From positions 43,400,001 through 43,464,000 of the forward strand of contig OZ024748.1 of assembly GCA_964016885.1 (NCBI GenBank): a stretch of 64,000 nt of DNA. The letters run 5' to 3'. The notes beneath the pieces are model-generated. The model did no database searches. It was not told where the DNA came from and worked only from the letters and a program-made list of their open reading frames with translations. Shown piece by piece: positions 55,701 to 64,000 of this stretch. The stretch is from Eledone cirrhosa (lineage: Eukaryota). The translations under genes were made by a program, and so were the position numbers. The number at the start of each line of letters is the position of its first letter. Within the stretch, counting starts at the first letter, position 1.

Positions 55701-58700
55701 TGCTGTCCTGCTCCCCTGGAGCTCCTTCTCTGAAGACCTTCTGCTGTGCAGCACTCCCGGGGTTCCTTCTCTGAAGACCTTCTGCTGTCCAGCTCTCCTG
55801 GAGTTCCTCATCTGAAGACCTTCTGCTGTCCAGCTCTCCCGGGGTTCCTTCTCTCAAACCTTCTGCTGTCCAGCTCTCCCGGGGTTCCTTCTCTCAAGAC
55901 CTTCTGCTGTCCAGCTCTCCCGGGGTTCCTTCTCTCAAGACCTTCTGCTGTCCAGCTCTCCTGAAGTTCCTCCTCTGAAGACCTTCTGCTGTCCAGCGCT
56001 TCCGGGGTTCCTTCTCTCAAGACCTTCTGCTGTCCAGCTCTCCCGCGGTTCCTTCTCTGAAGACCTTCTGCTGTCCAGCTCTCCTGGGGTTCCTTCTCTG
56101 AAGACCTTCTGCTGTACAGCTCTCCCGGGGTTCCTTCTCTGAAGACCTTCTGCTGTCCAGCTCTCCCGGGGTTCCTTCTCTGAAGACCTTCTGCTGTCCA
56201 GCTCTCCTGGAGTTCCTTCTCTGAAGACCTTCTGCTGTTCAGCTCTCCCGGGGTTCCTTCTCTGAAGACCTTCTGCTGTCCAGCTCTCCCGGGGTTCCTT
56301 CTCTCAAGACCTTCTGCTGTCCAGCTCTCCTGGCGTTCCTTCTCTCAAGACCTTCTGCTGTCCAGTTCTCCCGGGGTTCCTTCTCTGCAGACCTTCTGCT
56401 GTCCAGCTCTCCTGAAGTTCCTCCTCTGAAGACCTTCTGCTGTCCAGCTCTCCCGGAGTTCCTTCTCTCAAGACCTTCTGCTGTTCAGTTCTCCCGGGGT
56501 TCCTTCTCTGAAGACCTTCTGCTGTCCAGCTCTCCTGAAGTTCCTCCTCTAAAAACTTTCTGCTGTCCAGCTCTCACGGGGTTCCTTCTCTGAAGACCTT
56601 CTGCTGTCCAGCTCTCCCGGGGTTCCTACTCTCAAGACCTTCTGCTGTCCAGCTCTCCCAGGGTTCCTTCTCTCAAGACCTTCTGCTGTCCAGCTCTCCC
56701 AGGGTTCCTTCTCTCAAGACCTTCTGCTGTCCAGCGCTCCCGGGGTTCCTTCTCTTAAGACCTTCTGCTGTCCAGCGCTCCCGGTGTTCCTTCTCTGAAG
56801 ACCTTCTGCTGTCCAGCGCTCCCGGGGTTCCTTCTCTGAAGACCTTCTGCTGTCCAGCTCTCCTGGAGTTCCTTCTCTGAAGACCTTCTGCTGTTCAGCT
56901 CTCCCGGGGTTCCTTCTCTGAAGACCTTCTGCTGTCCAGCTCTCCCGGGGTTCCTTCTCTCAAGACCTTCTGCTGTCCAGCTCTCCCGGCGTTCCTTCTC
57001 TCAAGACCTTCTGCTGTCCAGTTCTCCCGGGGTTCCTTCTCTGCAGACCTTCTGCTGTCCAGCTCTCCTGAAGTTCCTCCTCTGAAGACCTTCTGCTGTC
57101 CAGCTCTCCCGGAGTTCCTTCTCTCAAGACCTTCTGCTGTTCAGTTCTCGCGGGGTTCCTTCTCTGAAGACCTTCTGCTGTCCAGCTCTCCTGAAGTTCC
57201 TCCTCTAAAAACTTTCTGCTGTCCAGCTCTCACGGGGTTCCTTCTCTGAAGACCTTCTGCTGTCCAGCTCTCCCGGGGTTCCTACTCTCAAGACCTTCTG
57301 CTGTCCAGCTCTCCCAGGGTTCCTTCTCTCAAGACCTTCTGCTGTCCAGCGCTCCCGGGGTTCCTTCTCTTAAGACCTTCTGCTGTCCAGCGCTCCCGGT
57401 GTTCCTTCTCTGAAGACCTTCTGCTGTCCAGCGCTCCCGGGGTTCCTTCTCTGAAGACCTTCTGTTGTCCAGCTCTCCCAGGGTTCCTACTCTGAAGACC
57501 TTCTGCTGTCCAGCTCTCCTGGAAGTTCCTCCTATGAAGACCTTCTGCTGTCCAGCTCTCCCGGGGTTCCTTATGAAGACCTTCTGCTGTCCAGCTCTCC
57601 CGGGGTTCCTTCTCTGAAGACCTTCTGCTGTCCAGCTCTCCCGGGGTTCCTTCTCTCAAGACCTTCTGCTGTCCAGCTCTCCCAGGGTTCCTTCTCTCAA
57701 GACCTTCTGCTGTCCAGCTCTCCCGGGGTTCCTTCTCTCAAGACCTTCTGCTGTCCATCTCTCCCGGGGTTCCTACTCTCCAGACCTTCTGCTGTCCAGC
57801 TCTCCTGGAAGTTCCTCCTCTGAAGACCTTCTGCTGTCCAGCTCTCCTGGGGTTCCTTCTCTGAAGACCTTCTGCTGTCCAGCTCTCCCGGGGTTCCTAC
57901 TCTCAAGTCCTTCTGCTGTCCAGCTCTCCTGGAAGTTCCTCCTCTGAAGACCTTCTGCTGTCCAGCTCTACCGGGGTTCCTTCTCTGAAGACCTTCTGCT
58001 GTCCAGCTCTCCTGTAGTTCCTTCTCTCAAGACCTTCTGCTGTCCAGCTCTCTCGGGGTTCCTTCTCTCAAGACCTTCTGCTGCCCAGCTCTCCCGGGGT
58101 TCCTTCTCTGAAGGCCTTCTGCTGTCCAGCTCTCCTGGGGTTCCTTCTCTGAAGACCTTCTGCTGTCCAGCTCTCCTGGAGTTCCTTCTCTGAAGACCTT
58201 CTGCTGTCCAGCTCTCCTGGAAGTTCCTCCTCTGAAGACCTTCTGCTGTCCAGCTCTCCCGGGGTTCCTTCTCTGAAGACCTTCTGCTGTCCAGCTCTCC
58301 CGGGGTTCCTTCTCTGAAGACCTTCTGCTGTCCAGCTCTCCTGGAGTTCCTTCTCTGAAGACCTTCTGCTGTCCAGCTCTCCCGGGGTTCCTTCCCTCAA
58401 GACCTTCTGCTGTCCAGCTCTCCCGGGGTTCCTTCTCTGAAAACGTTCTACTGTCCAGCTCTCCTGGAAGTTCCTCCTCTGAAGACCTTCTGCTGTCCAG
58501 CTCTCCTGAGAGTTTCTTCTCTGAAGACCTTCTGCTGTTCAGCTCTCCTGGAGTTCCTTCTCTCAAGACCTTCTGCTGTCCAGATCTCCTGAGAGTTTCT
58601 TCTCTGAAGACCTTCTGCTGTCCAGCTCTCCTGGAGTTCCTTCTCTGAAGACCTTCTGCTGTCCAGCTCTCCCGGGGTTCCTTCTCTGAAGACCTCCTGC

Positions 58701-61700
58701 TGTCCAGCTCTCCCGGGGTTCCTTCTCTGATGACCTTCTACTGTCCAGTTCTTCCGGGGTTCCTTCTCTGAAGACCTTCTGCTGGCCAGCTCTCCCGGGG
58801 TTCCTTCTCTGAAGACCTTCTGCTGTCCAGCTCTCCCGGGGTTCCTTCTCTCAAGACCTTCTGCTGTCCAGCTCTCCTGGAAGTTCCTCCTCTGAAGACC
58901 TTCTGCTGTCCAGCTCTCCTGGGGTTCCTTCTCTGAAGACCTTCTGCTGTCCAGCTCTCCCGGGGTTCCTCCTCTCAAGACCTTCTGCTGTCCAGCTCTC
59001 CTGGAAGTTCCTCCTCTGAAGACTTTCTGCTGTCCAGCTCTCCCGGGGTTCCTTCTCTGAAGACCTTCTACTGTCCAGCTCTCCTGGGGTTCCTTCTCTG
59101 AAGACCTTCTGCTGTCCAGCTCCCCTGGAGTTCCTTCTCTGAAGACCTTCTGCTGTCCAGCTCTCCCGGGGTTCCTTCTCTGAAGACCTTCTGCTGTCCA
59201 GCTCTCCTGGAATTCCTTCTCTGAAGACCTTCTACTGTCCAGCTCTGCCAGGGTTCCTTCTCTGAAGACCTTCTGCTGTCCAGCTCTCCTGGAGTTCCTT
59301 CTCTGAAGACCTTCTGCTGTTCAGTTCTCCCGGGGTTCCTTCTCTGAAGACCTTCTGCTGTCCAGCTCTCCCGGCGTTCCTTCTCTGAAAACCTTCTGCT
59401 GTCCAGCTCTCCTGGAGTCCCTTCTCTCAAGACCTTCTGCTGTCCAGCTCTCCTGAAGTTCCTCCTCTGAAGACCTTCTGCTGTCCAGCACTCCTGGAGT
59501 TCCTTCTCTGAAGACATTCTACTCTCCAGATCTCCTGAGAGTTTCTTCTCTGAAGACCTTCTGCTGTCCAGCTCTCCTGGAGTTCCTTCTCTCAAGACCT
59601 TCTGCTGTCCAGATCTCCTGAGAGTTTCTTCTCTGAAGACCTTCTGCTGTCCAGCTCTCCTGGAGTTCCTTCTCTGAAGACCTTCTGCTGTCCAGCTCTC
59701 CTGGAGTTCCTTCTCTCAAGACCTTCTACTGTCCAGCTCTCCTGGGGTTCCTTCTCTGAAGACCTTCTGCTGTCCAGCTCTCCTGGAGTTCCTTCTCTGA
59801 AGACCTTCTGCTGTCCAGCTCTCCCGGGGTTCCTTCTCTGAAGACCTTCTGCTGTCCAGCTCTCCCGGGGTTCCTTCTCTGAAGACCTTCTGCTGTCCCG
59901 CTCTCCCGGGGTTCCTTCTCTGAAGACCTTCTGCTGTCCAGCTCTCCTGGAGTTCCTTCTCTGAAGACCTTCTGCTGTGCCGCTCTCCCGGTGTTCCTTC
60001 TCTGAAGACCTTCTGCTGTCCAGCTCTCCTGGAGTTCCTTCTCTGAAGACCTTCTGCTGTCCAGCTCTCCCGGGGTTCCTTCTCTGAAGACCTTCTGCTG
60101 TCCAGCTCTCCCGGGGTTCCTTCTCTCAAGACCTTCTGCTGTCCAGCTCTCCTGAAGTTCCTCCTCTGAAGACCTTCTGCTGTCCAGCGCTTCCGGGGTT
60201 CCTTCTCTCAAGACCTTCTGCTGTCCAGCCCTCCCGCGGTTCCTTCTCTGAAGACCTTCTGCTGTCCAGCTCTCCTGGGGTTCCTTCTCTGAAGACCTTC
60301 TGCTGTACAGCTCTCCCGGGGTTCCTTCTCTGAAGACCTTCTGCTGTCCAGCTCTCCCGGGGTTCCTTCTCTGAAGACCTTCTGCTGTCCAGCTCTCCTG
60401 GAGTTCCTTCTCTGAAGACCTTCTGCTGTTCAGCTCTCCCGGGGTTCCTTCTCTGTAGACCTTCTGCTGTCCAGCTCTCCCGGGGTTCCTTCTCTCAAGA
60501 CCTTCTGCTGTCCAGCTCTCCCGGGGTTCCTTCTCTGAAGACCTTCTGCTGTCCAGCTCTCCTGGGGTTCCTTCTCTCAAGACCTTCTGCTGTCCAGCTC
60601 TCCCGGCGTTCCTTCTCTCAAGACCTTCTGCTGTCCAGTTCTCCCGGGGTTCCTTCTCTGCAGACCTTCTGCTGTCCAGCTCTCCTGAAGTTCCTCCTCT
60701 GAAGACCTTCTGCTGTCCAGCTCTCCCGGAGTTCCTTCTCTCAAGACCTTCTGCTGTTCAGTTCTCCCGGGGTTCCTTCTCTGAAGACCTTCTGCTGTCC
60801 AGCACTCCTGAAGTTCCTCCTCTAAAAACTTTCTGCTGTCCAGCTCTCACGGGGTTCCTTCTCTGAAGACCTTCTGCTGTCCAGCTCTCCCGGGGTTCCT
60901 ACTCTCAAGACCTTCTGCTGTCCAGCTCTCCCAGGGTTCCTTCTCTCAAGACCTTCTGCTGTCCAGCTCTCCCAGGGTTCCTTCTCTCAAGACCTTCTGC
61001 TGTCCAGCGCTCCCGGGGTTCCTTCTCTTAAGACCTTCTGCTGTCCAGCGCTCCCGGGGTTCCTTCTCTGAAGACCTTCTGCTGTCCAGCGCTCCCGGGG
61101 TTCCTTCTCTGAAGACCTTCTGTTGTCCAGCTCTCCCAGGGTTCCTACTCTCAAGACCTTCTGCTGTCCAGCTCTCCTGGAAGTTCCTCCTATGAAGACC
61201 TTCTGCTGTCCAGCTCTCCCGGGGTTCCTTATGAAGACCTTCTGCTGTCCAGCTCTCCCGGGGTTCCTTCTCTGAAGACCTTCTGCTGTCCAGCTCTCCC
61301 GGGGTTCCTTCTCTCAAGACCTTCTGCTGTCCAGCTCTCCCAGGGTTCCTTCTCTCAAGACCTTCTGCTGTCCAGCTCTCCCGGGGTTCCTTCTCTCAAG
61401 ACCTTCTGCTGTCCATCTCTCCCGGGGTTCCTACTCTCCAGACCTTCTGCTGTCCAGCTCTCCTGGAAGTTCCTCCTCTGAAGACCTTCTGCTGTCCAGC
61501 TCTCCTGGGGTTCCTTCTCTGAAGACCTTCTGCTGTCCAGCTCTCCCGGGGTTCCTACTCTCAAGTCCTTCTGCTGTCCAGCTCTCCTGGAAGTTCCTCC
61601 TCTGAAGACCTTCTGCTGTCCAGCTCTACCGGGGTTCCTTCTCTGAAGACCTTCTGCTGTCCAGCTCTCCTGTAGTTCCTTCTCTCAAGACCTTCTGCTG

Positions 61701-64000
61701 TCCAGCTCTCCTGTAGTTCCTTCTCTCAAGACCTTCTGCTGTCCAGCTCTCTCGGGGTTCCTTCTCTCAAGACCTTCTGCTGCCCAGCTCTCCCGGGGTT
61801 CCTTCTCTGAAGGCCTTCTGCTGTCCAGCTCTCCTGGGGTTCCTTCTCTGAAGACCTTCTGCTGTCCAGCTCTCCTGGAGTTCCTTCTCTGAAGACCTTC
61901 TGCTGTCCAGCTCTCCTGGAAGTTCCTCCTCTGAAGACCTTCTGCTGTCCAGCTCTCCCAGGGTTCCTTCTCTGAAGACCTTCTGCTGTCCAGCTCTCCC
62001 GGGGTTCCTTCTCTGAAGACCTTTTGCTGTCCAGCTCTCCTGGAGTTCCTTCTCTGAAGACCTTCTGCTGTCCAGCTCTCCCGGGGTTCCTTCCCTCAAG
62101 ACCTTCTGCTGTCCAGCTCTCCCGGGGTTCCTTCTCTGAAAACGTTCTACTGTCCAGCTCTCCTGGAAGTTCCTCCTCTGAAGACCTTCTGCTGTCCAGC
62201 TCTCCTGAGAGTTTCTTCTCTGAAGACCTTCTGCTGTTCAGCTCTCCTGGAGTTCCTTCTCTCAAGACCTTCTGCTGTCCAGATCTCCTGAGAGTTTCTT
62301 CTCTGAAGACCTTCTGCTGTCCAGCTCTCCTGGAGTTCCTTCTCTGAAGACCTTCTGCTGTCCAGCTCTCCCGGGGTTCCTTCTCTGAAGACCTCCTGCT
62401 GTCCAGCTCTCCCGGGGTTCCTTCTCTGATGACCTTCTACTGTGCAGTTCTTCCGGGGTTCCTTCTCTGAAGACCTTCTGCTGGCCAGCTCTCCCGGGGT
62501 TCCTTCTCTGAAGACCTTCTGCTGTCCAGCTCTCCCGGGGTTCCTTCTCTCAAGACCTTCTGCTGTCCAGCTCTCCTGGAAGTTCCTCCTCTGAAGACCT
62601 TCTGCTGTCCAGCTCTCCTGGGGTTCCTTCTCTGAAGACCTTCTGCTGTCCAGCTCTCCCGGGGTTCCTCCTCTCAAGACCTTCTGCTGTCCAGCTCTCC
62701 TGGAAGTTCCTCCTCTGAAGACTTTCTGCTGTCCAGCTCTCCCAGGGTTCCTTCTCTGAAGACCTTCTGCTGTCCAGCTCTCCTGGAGTTCCTTCTCTGA
62801 AGACCTTCTGCTGTTCAGTTCTCCAGGGGTTCCTTCTCTGAAGACCTTCTGCTGTCCAGCTCTCCCGGCGTTCCTTCTCTGAAAACCTTCTGCTGTCCAG
62901 CTCTCCTGGAGTCCCATCTCTCAAGACCTTCTGCTGTCCAGCTCTCCCGGGGTTCCTTCTCTGAAGACCTTCTGCTGTCCAGCTCTCCTAGAAGTTCCTC
63001 CTCTGAAGACCTTCTGCTGTCCAGCACTCCTGGAGTTCCTTCTCTGAAGACATTCTACTCTCCAGATCTCCTGAGAGTTTCTTCTCTGAAGACCTTCTGC
63101 TGTCCAGCTCTCCTGGAGTTCCTTCTCTCAAGACCTTCTGCTGTCCAGATCTCCTGAGAGTTTCTTCTCTGAAGACCTTCTGCTGTCCAGCTCTCCTGGA
63201 GTTCCTTCTCTGAAGACCTTCTGCTGTCCAGCTCTCCTGGAGTTCCTTCTCTCAAGACCTTCTACTGTCCAGCTCTCCTGGGGTTCCTTCTCTGAAGACC
63301 TTCTGCTGTCCAGCTCTCCTGGAGTTCCTTCTCTGAAGACCTTCTGCTGTCCAGCTCTCCCGGGGTTCCTTCTCTGAAGACCTTCTGCTGTCCAGCTCTC
63401 CCGGGGTTCCTTCTCTGAAGACCTTCTGCTGTCCCGCTCTCCCGGGGTTCCTTCTCTGAAGAGCTTCTGCTGTCCAGCTCTCCTGGAGTTCCTTCTCTGA
63501 AGACCTTCTGCTGTGCCGCTCTCCCGGTGTTCCTTCTCTGAAGACCTTCTGCTGTCCAGCTCTCCTGGAGTTCCTTCTCTGAAGACCTTCTGCTGTCCAG
63601 CTCTCCCGGGGTTCCTTCTCTGAAGACCTTCTGCTGTCCAGCTCTCCCGGGGTTCCTTCTCTGAAGACCTTCTACTGTCCAGCACTCCTGGAAGTTCCTC
63701 CACTGAACACCTTCTGCTGTCCAGCTCTCCTGGAGTTCCTTCTCTGAAGACATTCTACTGTCCAGATCCCCTGAGAGTTTCTTCTCTGAAGACCTTCTGA
63801 TGTCCAGCTCTCCTGGAGTTCCTTTTCTCAAGACCTTCTGCTGTCCAGCTCTCCTGGAGTTCCTTCTCTGAAGACCTTCTGCTGTCCAGCTCTCCTGGAG
63901 TTCCTTCTCTCAAGACCTTCTACTGTCCAGCTCTCCTGAGAGTTCCTTCTCTGAAGACCTTCTGCTGTCCAGCACTCCTGGAGTTCCTTCTCTGAAGACC
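7772..64000. repeat. Satellite DNA array, 41-bp monomer (ggggttccttctctgaagaccttctgctgtccagctctccc), ~1370 copies in the window, single orientation, running past the right edge
   Basis: Uninterrupted head-to-tail monomers. Variant classes include ccgggg, ctggag, ctgggg, ccaggg, ctgaag; 42-bp ctggaag, ctgagag and ctgggag types; 40-bp ctcaaacc; 39-bp ccttatgaag; and 38-bp gaagacctgctg. I saw no foreign insertion. Confidence 0.99.

Noticed and set aside
7676-63831. Hundreds of ORFs encoding REGTPGELDSRRSSEKEP... or SSPGVPSLKTFCCPALPG... repeats
   Set aside because: These are translations of the 41-bp satellite. They mostly use TTG/GTG pseudo-starts, overlap in all frames, and are broken by frequent stops and 1-3-bp indels.
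7772-64000. CRISPR-like array
   Set aside because: The repeats are directly head-to-tail with no unique spacers, there are no cas genes, and the context is eukaryotic.
7772-64000. Hammerhead-ribozyme satellite (each monomer contains CTGAAGA, matching the CUGANGA core)
   Set aside because: The consensus has no GAAA box after a stem II and no compatible stem I/III with an NUH site. The match looks coincidental.
7772-64000. Heat-shock element array (TTC...GAA...TTC)
   Set aside because: The spacings are 3 and 4 nt rather than the 2 nt required for nTTCnnGAAn.

Overview
Repeat-rich eukaryotic (animal) DNA with no host protein-coding gene that I can support. The SINE types and the dense (TA)n/(TG)n microsatellites suggest a cephalopod mollusc such as Octopus (inference). 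Bases 1-2370 hold the 5' part of a minus-strand Ty3/Gypsy LTR retrotransposon: a ~450-bp 5' LTR, a degenerate tRNA-Trp-type PBS, gag, and a protease/RT-start pol frame that runs off the left edge. Gag and pol are joined by a clear -1 frameshift cassette. Bases 2.4-7.8 kb are a patchwork of microsatellites, three tRNA-derived SINEs (one CORE-like, two Meta/MESC-like, one with a 19-bp TSD), a 4 x 129-bp tandem repeat, a C/A-rich minisatellite and several diverged inverted repeats. From 7772 to the window end (>56 kb, roughly 1370 monomers) lies a satellite of a 41-bp monomer (ggggttccttctctgaagaccttctgctgtccagctctccc) with 38-42-bp variants and overlapping multi-kb duplications. Nearly all ORFs beyond 7.7 kb are artefacts of this satellite. 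The most notable observation is an inverted, diverged single copy of the monomer, still attached to the array's unique flank, about 1.2 kb upstream. It may record the satellite's origin.
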